A stretch of DNA of 63,757 nucleotides, the filler included, from Platydemus manokwari (taxonomy: Eukaryota): assembly GCA_037951405.1 (NCBI GenBank). It is 6 parts of 6 records of this genome, joined end to end, with 100 filler letters (N's around TTAATTAATTAA, not from the genome) between each part and the next. Parts side by side here need not be neighbours in the genome. Positions count along the whole stretch, not along the records: positions 1 to 9,217 come from JBBMOY011281651.1; positions 9,318 to 23,609 come from JBBMOY011488083.1; 4 more parts are not named here. One strand, given 5' to 3'. The notes beneath the pieces were generated by a model. The model saw nothing but the letters and a program-made list of their open reading frames with translations, was not told the DNA's origin and made no database searches. Positions 1 to 11,790 of the stretch are shown piece by piece. Position 1 is the stretch's first letter, and the number at the start of each line of letters is the position of its first letter. The position numbers were made by a program, and so were the translations under genes.

Positions 1-160
1 ATTACTATTAGCATACTTTCATTATTATTAAAATTATTATTATTATTATTATTATTATTTCATTTATACATTTATTGTTAATAATATTAAAATTTTGATA
101 ATAATAATAATTATTATTATTATTATTATTATTATAATTATTATTATTATTATTATTATA
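1..160. repeat. (TAT/ATT)n microsatellite, interrupted
   Basis: Long runs of attattatt are directly visible and explain the poly-N/poly-I ORF 8..217. Confidence 0.95.
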
Positions 161-2989
161 TAAATTAAGGAATAAATATGTTTCTATATTAAAGTACTTA
201 AAAGTAATATTCCTCATATTACTTATTTTTATTATTCATTGAATATATTTTTCATAATTTTAATTTATTTGTTATTGTTTTCTGTGTCGATGTAATTAAA
301 TGACTTCTGATAAAATAATTCACTCGATCAAGACTTTCAGTCAATACAGAAACATAATATATTTACAAATAAACAAATGAACGTGTGAAATTATTAAAAA
401 TTTAATAACAATTTCTGCCTGGTAGAGGTGAATGAATTTACAATTTATCTCTCAGCCCTTGATTCTGCTGGTTATGATTTACATTTTCATTTGGGATTCA
501 TTTAATTATCTTTTAATTACTCCAATAAAATTTATATCGACTTTCCCTAATATATTTATCGATGTACAACGCACTTCTTTGGTTGATTTGGTTTCGATTA
601 TAATATCGCTTTGCAATTATCTGATATTCCATTGATCATAATTTCACATCCGTTATACAAAACACTGTTTCGATTTATCAGAGTATCCAAACGAATTTTA
701 ATCACAAAATTTAATAAATTATCGATATATGCTAATATAAGCTTCTACCTATCACAGTACAGATTGAAGTTTTGTTGTGAGAGTCTACAATAGATAATGT
801 CAAAATCAATATTGTTACATTTATTTTTAAATTATTTATTGATATGAAATACTTTTATAGCATTTATTAATTTAATTATAATATAATGACATGCTTTATT
901 ATTTTATTATTATTATTGTGGGAAATTCCACTCCCGATTATTAAGATAATTGACCTTTAATTTATTAGTAATGAATTGAATCCACCAATAAGCAGCTTAT
1001 TAAACGATTCTATCTAATATCGATGAGTAGAATAAACTAAACAGACCGATCAATCAATAAGGTCTATGTGAGCACTGTCATTGACTTAATTAGCCTGTAA
1101 AATTCAGATATTGCTTTATTATTGCTCATAAAAATATTGATATTAAACTATCATTAATGATTTGTTAAAAGAAATAATAAAAAACTCATAAAAAAACTAA
1201 TTTAAAAATCATATAATATTTTATCGTATTGTCTCAGTCATTTAATTAAATTTCTTAATAATTCGTTTAAAGAAATGAGCTCTAATAAATACATCAAACA
1301 ATCTTTATGAAGAAAAAAGTTTCTTTGATTTGTCGACTAAATGAACTTGTAAATCACAGCAAAACTTCACTATATATGATTATAGGATTCACATTAATAA
1401 TTAAAATGTTTTCTGTTCAATACAACGGATAGAAGATGATGGAAAATTTGAAGAAATCGAACAGATGTGAAATTTAATTAATTTTGATGAGCAGTATAAA
1501 TATTTCGTATCGTTTCCATTTAGACCTTTACGATGATGGTTGACAATTGATTTTTGCTCGGTAATATCAATATTATTTGGTTCAGTCAGGTATAATGGTG
1601 TATGTTAAGTAGAAGTGGTATAGAGGATAAAGTTTTGATATATTTATTCTTAAATAATCCGATTTTATAAAATATAAAAATATTAGAAAAGAAAGAGGGG
1701 TAAAAGGAATTTTATTCCAAAAAAAAGATGTAAAATAAACAATTTGATAACAACAAATGTTAGAAGTAAGATGTATGCAAAGAATTTCAAAGTTGATATA
1801 TTTATAATTATTAGAAAATAAAATTGAAAAATATTTTAAAAAATATTAAAAAAAATTTTAAACGAAAAGTTGATCGAATATTTTAGTTAAAGATACATTT
1901 ACATTTTTGGAAATTCTGAATTGATTTTCAAAGTGTTTTATAGAAATAGAAGCAGATAATAGTTGTAATATTGGTGTAGCTTACAATTAAGGCGATTTTT
2001 ATAATAGTTTTATAATTATTTATCATGAAGGTTGCGATTTTATTTCCCAACACAATCTGCTCCTCTCAGATAGGTAGGAAGTGTTCGAACTATGTATATA
2101 TTATCGATAACAATTTATATATAAAACGTCAGTGTGATTAAAACTATACTGGAAAATTTTATATAAAATAAATATCTAATAAAATAACTCATTAAAATAA
2201 ACTTCATTAAATAGAACAAATCAGATTTTATAAAAGCTACAGATATACAATTTGCTATTGTTGACGATCAATAATTAGATATTGGGTTTTCATTTTAATA
2301 AATTACTTGATCAATATTATGAATGAGACACTGGTTATATCAAAACCTTATTGTAACATTAAAGATTATTTATCTTGTCAACGATCTCAGACATTTATCG
2401 TTATTTTTCCTTTGGAAAAGAAGTTGATATTTCGATATCCATTGATAAAGTTGTATAAGATCTTGACAAAAGATGACACATAAATATTATGAAGAGTTTT
2501 CTTTCATACATTATTAATTATATTTATCGCTAATTGAAAAATATAATTGTTGAGCTCTATTATCGAGTTTTATTATCAAGTATTTTTTTCTCCCAACAAC
2601 TGTGAACACGAAAAGACGAAATTAGCTTAATGGATTTGTAATATCCCAGATAATGTTCCTGATTTTGTTTTACTGATTAAATAAATTATTTTTTATTTTA
2701 TTATTATTTATTTTAATATAATCATAATATTTATTGCAACTACAGAATTCATAATAATAATAATAATAATTGATAATATTATTAATAAATTCATACATAT
2801 GACCTATCTTCTCTGACATTGATATTTCCACAATATAATTAAATTAGAATTGAAAATTACATGATAAAATCAAACTCCACGCCAATATATTTAATTAAAA
2901 CCAATGAAATTGATAATTTATATTTGTGATTATAAATATTTTCTATTTCAGATGAACTCTTATAATTATTATAAATAATCGTATTCAAG

Positions 2990-3400
2990 TGTAATTTGAT
3001 GTCGTGTCTTTTCAATAGTAGCGGCTTAATATGGTGACCACGCATCTGGATTAAATTCCGAGAATATTAATGACTGAGAATTATGGAGATGAAGGAGGAC
3101 GATGTTGAGACAACATAGAGGATATAAAAAGAAGATATAAAGAAGATATAGAAAAGATATAAAAAAGATTTAGAGAATATATATAACAAATAGAAGAACC
3201 AGACCTTTTTTTAATGTAGATGAAAATGTGAGAGTTTGATAATATGTCAATTCAAAATAAAAAGAAAATCAAAGATTTTAAAGAAAGAAGAGTGCGAAAA
3301 TTTTAAAGTTTGGAATGAAAAATAAAGAATAAAAAATAAATTTAAATGATATGTTCGAATATTGTGGTTAAATATACCTTTGTAGGTTATACTTATGGAT
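2990..3400 (+). mobile_element. Degenerate copy of small TRIM-like LTR element family
   Basis: LTR-end-like 'tagtagcggctta', then PBS-like 'tggtgaccacg' (3032), a purine-rich interior and a PPT-like 'aaagaaagaagag|tg' (3280-3294). The same layout occurs at ~50050-50464 and 53264-53595. Confidence 0.5.
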
Positions 3401-3699
3401 ATAAATAAATGAAAATTACAAGTGGTAGCAGGAACAAATCAAAATTTACAGAATCTAAAAAACTTGTTAGAAATAGATAAACAATTGGAATTCAATGGTG
3501 CTCGAGATAAAGCAGAATATTTAGTAAGGTAGCTAGGAGAGAATGGCTATATTTACTAGAAGATGGTAAGTATAGGTCGATAGAAATGCAATAACACATA
3601 AAAAAGAAAACTAAAGAAGCTAATAGAATGACATATTATTAACTGTTTAAAGTTAAAAATATGATTCAAAATATTTCAAAATTCTAACCGAGCAAAAAG

Positions 3700-4330
3700 T
3701 CAATGACAGATATAATGCGAGTGTGGAAGATATATTTACCAGCAACTGTTCCAATCATATACTGGAAGTAAATTTACGAGAACAATCCAGGATTAGATAA
3801 AAATGGCGTAATACATTTATGAGTAACCAATATTTGATTCTAACCAGATTGAGGATAATTGAGTCTGATAAGCAAAAATTTAAAACTCTTAATATCAAGT
3901 AGAACACATTTCGATAACGATGGTAATTTTAATTCAAATCAATTTCAGAATTATTTCAAGTATTTTTTAAAATAAAGTAATCATGCACCTACAAACTAAC
4001 AATGATGGAAATAATTGGAGAAAGGCATTATCAATGGTAAAAACAAAAGCATCATAATTGAGTTACCATCAGGAATCGACTTATATAAATCATTAACAAA
4101 TATAGAACTCCGAAAAATAAAGGGCTCTTATCAATAAAAATAATCAAGATAGAAACCAAGAATCTCCAAATTATTATAAGATGCATAACTGGAGAATGGA
4201 AATTAAGATTAGAGATATGGTTATGTTTCAAACTGAAGAAAGAAATAATCTCCTGAGAATGTGTGAAGTACCTTATGCAGTTAAAAAAATAAGTAATTAC
4301 TTTAAGATAAATCAAAGGAACAATTATTCA
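3700..4330 (+). mobile_element. Highly decayed LTR-retrotransposon (Gypsy-like) integrase remnant
   Basis: Interrupted frames give 'HFDNDGNFNSNQFQNYFK' (cf. integrase SDNGxxFxSxxF), 'HLQTN' (cf. HPQTNG) and a 'PYAVKKI' GPY/F-like segment. There are many stops. Confidence 0.35.
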
Positions 4331-4717
4331 ATAAAGAAAACAAATTAAAAAAAAGCAATAAATACAGTTGAGTTTTAATGGTTTTCAAAAACACAATAAA
4401 TTAAACCGAAATAGATATCAAAGGTAAATAAACAATACGAATAACAAGAAATCAAAAGCCAGAAATATTGTAAAAATTTGGAATGTTATATAACTGCAAT
4501 TATCATATACATAACCGTATCATAAAATAAACGCAACAATCAGAAATCAATTTATAGTTTATTTGAAGAAATATTCAATATCAACGAAGTAATTTATATT
4601 TATTTATCTATCACCCGAAAACGTTATTTTATCAATATTTCTGGATAAAATAGGTTCAAGTGTATATAAATTGTAAAAATTTGATTTCGAATTTAATGAA
4701 ATAGTAAATCCACTTAC

Positions 4718-4796
4718 AATTCATTGAGTCCGGACAATCACTATTGACATGTGGTTTGCTTTTTGGACGATTGCAAAGATGAGCACCAATATTTGG
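4718..4796 (-). CDS. Candidate internal exon of SLC39A (ZIP) gene, cytoplasmic loop
   Basis: aattcag|CCA...AATT|gtaagt; reads PNIGAHLCNRPKSKPHVNSDCPDSMN. The phase-0 start matches the preceding exon and the donor is a consensus GTAAGT. There is no homology signal of its own. Confidence 0.5.
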
Positions 4797-5194
4797 CTGA
4801 ATTAGTTACGGGTTAATAAATCATCCAATACCAATCATAAAAGAAATATCTAATCCAATTTTATATTAATATTATTAAGCACTAAAAATTTCCGTAATTG
4901 AAATCATAACTAATACTAATAAAGGCTCATATTTATGATAATAAAGATTAGTGAAACAACTATGTAACAATATATCCGTTTGGGAGCAAAATATCTCACG
5001 ATTTGCAAGAGGTGACACATTATTCTTGTTTAAAATTTTACTTCTAAACAGGTTTGTCGTGTATATGAAAACTAATATAACTAAAATTGTTATTTAATTC
5101 AATATTATAGAAAAATAACCATAAATATATAACTATTAAACATGTTTATGATATTAGAATGAAAAATCAAAATAAACAGCAATATTATGAATAT

Positions 5195-5876
5195 ATCGTG
5201 CGATTGATAAGGCTCCATCTCTTAAACTAAAATAAAATAACAGTAAGAATAAATAACAGTAAATAATAATCAATTTCATAGCAACAGTTCAAAATGTTTA
5301 CCATCTTGCTCAAAACAGAGATTGCATCGTTTCTTGAAGTTTGAATAACATTTACGGACAACTTCTTGATTGATGTTTATTAATTCATATGTAATTGCTT
5401 CTTCAAGTTCGTTGAGAGTTGTATAATTATTATGGATTTCATAAACTCGATCTTTGATATAGATCCATAGACAAAAGTTCAATATCGTGCGGCCTGGAAA
5501 TATTGGTGGCCATTCTTTTAGTCCTCTACTACCAATCTAACGCTGTGGAAAATGTTGATCAACCATTGTCGTGCTGGAATGCTGAAATGAGGCGGGGCAC
5601 TATCGTGTTGATACCAAATTCTTGGCAAGCTTTGGCACTACTCTGGTACACTATTGCATGGCTAACTATAAACACTATCCGCAAGCAAAAATTTAACATC
5701 ACCAGCTACCTCCGCCATATTGTAATAATGCAACTGATTAATAAGAAATAAGAAATAAGGCACGTTAATCAGTGAATAATAATTAATATCAATGAGTATA
5801 AATATGTGAGCACAAATTATATTGTGTTGGTTGTTTTATTTTTGTTTTAGAGACGGAGACTTATGAATCACACAGA
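5195..5876 (-). mobile_element. Internally deleted Tc1/mariner-superfamily DNA transposon with TIRs
   Basis: Minus strand reads DSAPPHF..RQW..QHFPQR*IGSRGLKEWPPIFP...NFCLWIYIKDRVY...CFEQDGKHFELLL (cf. QQDGAPPH...WIGR.G..WPPRSPDL..DF.LWG..K..VY...GGHFE). Imperfect ~46-bp inverted repeats lie at ~5195-5241 and ~5830-5876. Confidence 0.85.
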
Positions 5877-5935
5877 ATATAATAATTAATTATTCGAAAT
5901 ATTTTAACTAATTCTAATATTTATAAAAAATGAAC

Positions 5936-6127
5936 CTCTGATTCTATTCCGAGATGAGAATTTGTTTGGTCGAGTTCCTTGGAATTTTCACTATATTTTC
6001 GTGACTTTGATGCCCAATGCAATTTCCCGGTGGATAAGGCCTTCTTTTCAGATTTACCAGGATTCTTTTCGGAATCATCGAATTTATCTCCAGCTGAAAT
6101 CTCCGAATAGAAATGTTCTTGAGAAGA
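5936..6127 (-). CDS. Candidate internal exon of SLC39A (ZIP) gene, cytoplasmic loop
   Basis: gatttag|TCT...GAG|gttcat; 192 nt open in phase 0/0, reading SSQEHFYSEISAGDKFDDSEKNPGKSEKKALSTGKLHWASKSRKYSENSKELDQTNSHLGIESE. It is GC-richer than its flanks and follows the TM3 exon in frame. Confidence 0.55.
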
Positions 6128-8033
6128 CTAAATCAGTTACCAATAATTAAATTCCAATTAAATTAAATTCCATGCGCCAAAATTATGTCTAGAGCAAAAG
6201 TATAATTTGCCTGGGTCCCATGTCAGTATATCATGAACAATAAAACATAGAATATGATTGATTTAACCTCTTCTAGCTTGTCAACAAGCAAGATTTTAAA
6301 AAATAAATATACAACCGAAAACATCAAAGTTTCGGAGACGCCATTTATTGTGTTCAATACATTGGCATTCAAAAAAAATAAAAACTAATGTGAAGAATTC
6401 AAAGTTTTGATTGAGCCATATTATTTGGATCCATTATCATTTTCAATTTAAGCTTGATCAAATGAAAATAAATCATTATTAAATTCGTAACCATTTAATT
6501 TATCTAAAGAAAATTAATCATTGCATTGACACATTTATTGTGCTCACTTTGTAACATATATATATTGATAGGAAACCAAAATGAAATGACAACGGCTACC
6601 CATTATTAATTGGTAATCAAAAGTGATTATGAGTGAAGCAGCTCATTAATGATGAATTATGTATGACATTGTAAATTCTGTCTTATCAGATTCTGATGAA
6701 TAGAAACAACTCCGAAATACTTATCCATAGAATTTCCATTTTTTCAATCAATTCACCATAATAATCTTCAGATTAATCAGCATTTCTCATTTTTTCTCAG
6801 GGAAACTAGTGATATTAACCAAGTTTACTTAAATACTAATTAAAATTCATAATAAATTAATAAATATGACATAAACTAAATACAAGCAAATAGGTATCTT
6901 AGATTCGCCTAAAACTAGTATTGGTTTAGACATCTTTCATGATTAATCGAAAATAACTATTCTCAATCTATCTTTAATTGTTTTCTGTGAATTAGAATAA
7001 AATTCATTGAAAAGAACTTAATATATTTTTCATCAACTCAGTTAAACAAATTTAAAAATACTTGTTAAAATGATAATATGAGAATTCGAAATTTTCAAAT
7101 ATAAGCTAATTAAATTACCGGTTATCTGTAGCGCATAAGCCCAAGATTTCTATTAAACGAGCTGATATTAGCTTATATTTAAGGTATTGTGAAGTTATTG
7201 ATATTGTAATATTCTATAAAAAGGATGTTGTTCACAAGAAAAGAAATCAGCTCAATAAATGATAGAACTAAATCGTAAAATTGCAAGGATTTCAAATGTT
7301 AATCAATACAAAGGTTTAAACAATGTTTTAGTGTGTTTCACATACAATTCGTCCAGAAATTTGAAAGAAAATAATTAAGCTAATATTTGGTAAATGTGAA
7401 CTAATTATGTCTTGAAAGAATTCAAAAGAAATCAACAAATATTAATAAAAAATGTCTTCAAATAAATAGCCAAATTAGAAATTAATAAATTCAAATAGCG
7501 CCGCACCAACCTTGCACACATCATGAACTGCAGAAAGACTGTGAAATGCAAATTTTCAAGAATGTTAATAATAAAAAGATACTTTTAAAATTCCATTTTC
7601 ACCAATATCTTTCTCTTATATCTAGTTTCATTCAAGAATTCTATGTCGATTAGCATATATATAGATCCAATTCAGATAAATGCCGCCATTTTACTACTAA
7701 AATTGTATATAATCAATTTTATATTCACATTTCATATTGGAAAATATAATTTTTTATTATTTGTACTCGATTTTCTTCTAAAAAAATCATCAGCACATCT
7801 CATAGATGATATCATCGACGAAACACTCTTGATATAATTCTTGTCATTATCTATCCGATACAAAATATATGAAATTTAATAAAAATAAAATAAATTATTA
7901 TAAATTTATAAAAAAAATTATAATAATTCAATTCCGAGTTCTTGTTGAATTGTCCTATAACATAAGTATCATAACAATCAATTAATTTCCCAAAACGTTC
8001 ATGTTAGTTAAATACAACATAAAATATTATTAC

Positions 8034-8213
8034 CTGTTTAATTTTCAGTTTCCTTTTCGATTGTAGATTCTGACATAGAATAGTTATACGTTCCGTGAGA
8101 AAGAATAAATGAATTCCAATTAAGGCTATAAGAGATTTCCAAATCATTTTACTATGTGTCGCACCAGCGCTACCACCGTGACTATGACCTCCTTTTCCGT
8201 CATCTAATAATGC
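8034..8213 (-). CDS. Internal exon of LIV-1 subfamily ZIP zinc transporter (SLC39A6/10/foi-like)
   Basis: ttaacag|GCA...CAG|gtaata; 180 nt reading ALLDDGKGGHSHGGSAGATHSKMIWKSLIALIGIHLFFLTERITILCQNLQSKRKLKIKQ. This matches the His-containing TM2-3 loop plus TM3 pattern (WKGLVALGGIYLFFLIE) of LIV-1 ZIPs. It is not in the ORF track. Confidence 0.8.
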
Positions 8214-9143
8214 CTGTTAATAATAATCGAAATTATAGCATGACCATGACAATTTTCATTAAAACATCAACACTAAACATGCACTGGATAACACATATTT
8301 GAAAACTATCGATTATATTTGATAATAATAAATAATTACCGAATTTAGGTAAAGGTTACACCTCTCAAACATATTAATAAATATCACTGAGATAATTTCA
8401 AGCAAAAATAATCCAAAGAGAATTATTCTAGCCAATCCAATATGAAACATTGTTATGTTTGAAATTAATCTTCGAATATGCCAGATAAATAATGTGAATA
8501 TTATTAGAAATATCATAATGTTTAGGTCCAACGTTAAATTATAATTTGATAAATGAAATGACATGTTTATAATAATATATACAAAAACAATACCATTTGA
8601 TTTAATTAAATCGTAAAAATAACATAAAGATCTTATAAATATCATTTCGTTGAATAATGATTTTCTCTTGATAATGGAAAATTATTAATATTTTATATCA
8701 ATATTCAATCACAGCATATGTTTCTATCTGACCAAACCAATAACTCTGTGCCTTATAAAAGGATGAAAACAAAATTCATTATAACAATATAATTAAATGA
8801 CCACTTGACGATATTTTATTAGAATCGTTTTATTATCATATTATCAAATGCTTAATATATTTTTGTCTTCGAGATTATTTCAATCAACTAGTCAGGCCAT
8901 TTATTTTCATGTGAGAAAATGCATTAGTTTTTAAGTCGAAAGCACATTTTTATCTTTATTAAATGATATAACACGAAATTTTACAAATTTTACCGCTATT
9001 GAAACGAAATATTAATATGGGTTGATATTAAATAAAAGCATTGTAAATATTGATGAAATACAACCAGACATACATATCTTAAGTCGATATAACAATCTTA
9101 GAATTTTCGGAATTATATAAAACTCCGTCTCTCTCTCCATATA

Positions 9144-9201
9144 CAGGCAACCCTCGTATAACGCGGTTAATTCGTTCCGCGTTATATCGAAACCTTGCCT
9201 C
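9144..9201. mobile_element. Minimal pogo/Tigger-like MITE (58-bp hairpin)
   Basis: TA|CAGGCAACCCTCGTATAACGCGG-ttaattcgtt-CCGCGTTATATCGAAACCTTGCCTC|TA: imperfect TIRs with a 10-nt loop and TA on both sides. Confidence 0.6.
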
Positions 9202-9217
9202 TAAAAAATAAATATTT

Positions 9218-9317
9218 NNNNNNNNNNNNNNNNNNNNNNNNNNNNNNNNNNNNNNNNNNNNTTAATTAATTAANNNNNNNNNNNNNNNNNNNNNNNNNNN
9301 NNNNNNNNNNNNNNNNN
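9218..9317. other. Artificial contig spacer (44N + TTAATTAATTAA + 44N)
   Basis: Identical 100-bp structure occurs five times; the 12-mer has stops in all six frames. Confidence 0.98.
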
Positions 9318-9408
9318 ATAATAATAATAATGATAATAATAATAATAATAATGATAATAATAATAATAATAATGATAATAATAATAATAATAATGATAAT
9401 AATAATAA
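9318..9408. repeat. (AAT)n microsatellite with periodic GAT variants
   Basis: Directly visible at the contig start. Confidence 0.95.
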
Positions 9409-10139
9409 AATTGTGACAGAACTGCTAATTTGAAATAATTCGCCGATATTAATAAATTTTATGTTTGAGATATGCGCATTCGGATTTGGATTTCACTTCA
9501 AAGGTCCCAATTCCATAATGCCGATAAATTTATGAATCGTTTATAAAGAGCTTCTAATCAATTATAGAGACTATGACTAACATGGGCAGTTGAACTGCAA
9601 GTGTCGTTCGTCTGGTTAATAATGGACCAAGCGTAAACGTTCATTAAGATTTATTAATAGGAAATTATATTACAAAAATCAATACAAAACAGTGTTATTA
9701 AAATTATATTTTAATTTATTATGTTTTCTGAGGTTTTTAAATGGGAAAATAAATACGAATCGACAATTCAGACCGATTAAAGAACAATGAATATCTTGAT
9801 TAATAAGTAATGAAAAATCAACAGCAACCATATTTTAACAACCCCGCTTTCCGGGGAGACATCTCTGGTCCATGTACTGGTTTCTCTGATAAAAGATTCA
9901 TAACTAATCATAATCAGAAATATAACAATATTAATATTAATAACTATCGCTTTAGTGGGAGAGCTCAGACAATTGAAGAATGTTCGAGAACCTCCCCAGT
10001 ACAAGCACATTCATCTGCAGTAGAAGTATAAAATGAACAAAATCAATCTAAACCTATTCAAAAGCATAAATAAGAATTTAAATATAACAGCTTGCATAAT
10101 GGACTTGGCTACAAGATTCCTATAAGGACTTGAAAATAA

Positions 10140-10370
10140 ATTGCATTAAGATTATGTGGGAGACACCACAACAAAAAACAGCCATACCAGCCTGGTCACA
10201 GGCTCCTAGTAAATAACCATTATCAATATTATGAGATCAAATAATGTAAATTATTATAATAATATTTTTCTTTTAATTCTGGATCATGCAACCAAAGTAG
10301 CTAAGATAGAAATCTAAATACGAAATCTCATAAACATTCAACACTTTCAACCTGAGAAAATAATTCCCTC
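10140..10370 (+). mobile_element. Possible decayed Penelope-like GIY-YIG endonuclease remnant
   Basis: 'DYVGDT' followed by 'FLILDHATKVAKIEI*..LINIQHFQPE' resembles YIGxT...F.IL....L.I.E.L.I....P.LN. The region is heavily interrupted. Confidence 0.3.
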
Positions 10371-11670
10371 AAAAACATACGACAAAAATACTATTTACTT
10401 AACAAAATTTGTAAACACAAGCAGCTAAGATATCCTCCAGTGTCACTTCACTTGATCCCTAAAGGAAGGGCTAATTTAATACAGCTTCGCTTTTCCACAA
10501 CTTTTCATCTTAAATTTTTCCAATCTTTTGGAAAAGCGCCTCCAACGCCCCAAGCACCTTCTATAATATAGCCTCCAATGCCCCGAGCACATCAAATAGA
10601 ATGGCCACAAATGCCCCAAATGCCCAAAACAATGAAATAATTGAGCTTGACCAAGACGGAAACTGGGATGGAACGATTTATCATGGGGATAAGCCAAAGA
10701 AGGTCTGCCGGAAAGAACCCCAAGAAACAATCAAAACAGAGCCGATGATCCCAGCAGATGGTAGGAAATGCACAAACGTGTCGATCTGGATGAACAATAC
10801 GACCTCGGATTCCTGTAGAAACTCACATTTGATTCATAACATTTATTGATTTTGTCTCCAATCTGTATCTTATATCATGTAATTCTCAAATCCTTCCTTG
10901 TGTTGGGTTGTGGTAGGTGTTTATTGATGTTTATTTGTTTGCTGTTTGAAACAACTCAACAGCGTGAGTCCCTTTACTATTTATTTGAATATGACAACAA
11001 AAAGATTTATAACAAACTTTATTTAAATTAAGAAATGATAAAATACAACAAATGTTCACACAGATTAGCTCGTACAAAATTTTATAATAAAAACAAATTA
11101 ACTGTGGTTATCTCACAGAGACCGTGAGAACCTTGATGTAAGCCTTAGTATTTTAAATATATAGATTTTACAAATAAAAGTGATAAACACCAAAGGTGAT
11201 CCTTTAGAGCAACAATATGCTTGACTTTGAAATAAAGAACTGATTACTTTCACTTTGATTATTCGAAATCTCTGTAGTCAGATTTAATCTCTGTAGTCAG
11301 ATTTTTAAGAGTGAATTGTGATGAAAATCCCTCATCTTATATAGCCGTTGAAATTCGATACTTTGTACCCAGGAATTTCCATCACCCTTATGAATTTTAA
11401 ACCATTTTCTCACTTTTGATCTTTAATATTTAAAATTACAAAAGTTCAAAACCTTAAATATTCTTTATAATTTTCTTAGCCTTACAAATTTTAATTATAA
11501 AATTACTGACCTTTCTAATTAATTATCATTAAATTTTTGACATTTAAAATTAATTCATTCTTTATTATTTATAAATAATAATATATACGAATTTATATTT
11601 CTTTTTTCAAATAAATCATAGTTCAAAATAATTACAGAATATTCCAAACGTTTCACAATAATAAATCACA

Positions 11671-11790
11671 TAAATGTTCAAGATACAAATATCAATATTA
11701 ATGTTGAATCAGAAATGTTCAAGATACAAATATCAATATTCACAAAAATGTTGAATCAAAAAAATGTTCAAGATACAAATATCAAGTCAG
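11671..11790. repeat. Three imperfect tandem copies of AAATGTTCAAGATACAAATATCAA (41-49 bp spacing)
   Basis: Copies start at ~11672, ~11713 and ~11762, separated by 'atgttgaatca' segments. Confidence 0.85.

Noticed and set aside
8-217. 69-aa ORF with poly-N/poly-I
   Set aside because: It is a translation of the AAT microsatellite.
420-790. Possible further ZIP exons on the minus strand
   Set aside because: Splice-like sites exist, but I could not build a consistent stop-free, phase-compatible chain or see ZIP motifs.
8313-8645. 110-aa hydrophobic ORF as a membrane protein
   Set aside because: I/F/L richness is expected from AT-rich DNA; it is flanked by stops, has no motif, and lies in the presumed ZIP intron.
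9262-9273. TTAATTAATTAA recurring at regular structure as a biological repeat or CRISPR-like unit
   Set aside because: Always embedded in 44+44 Ns; it is an assembly linker.
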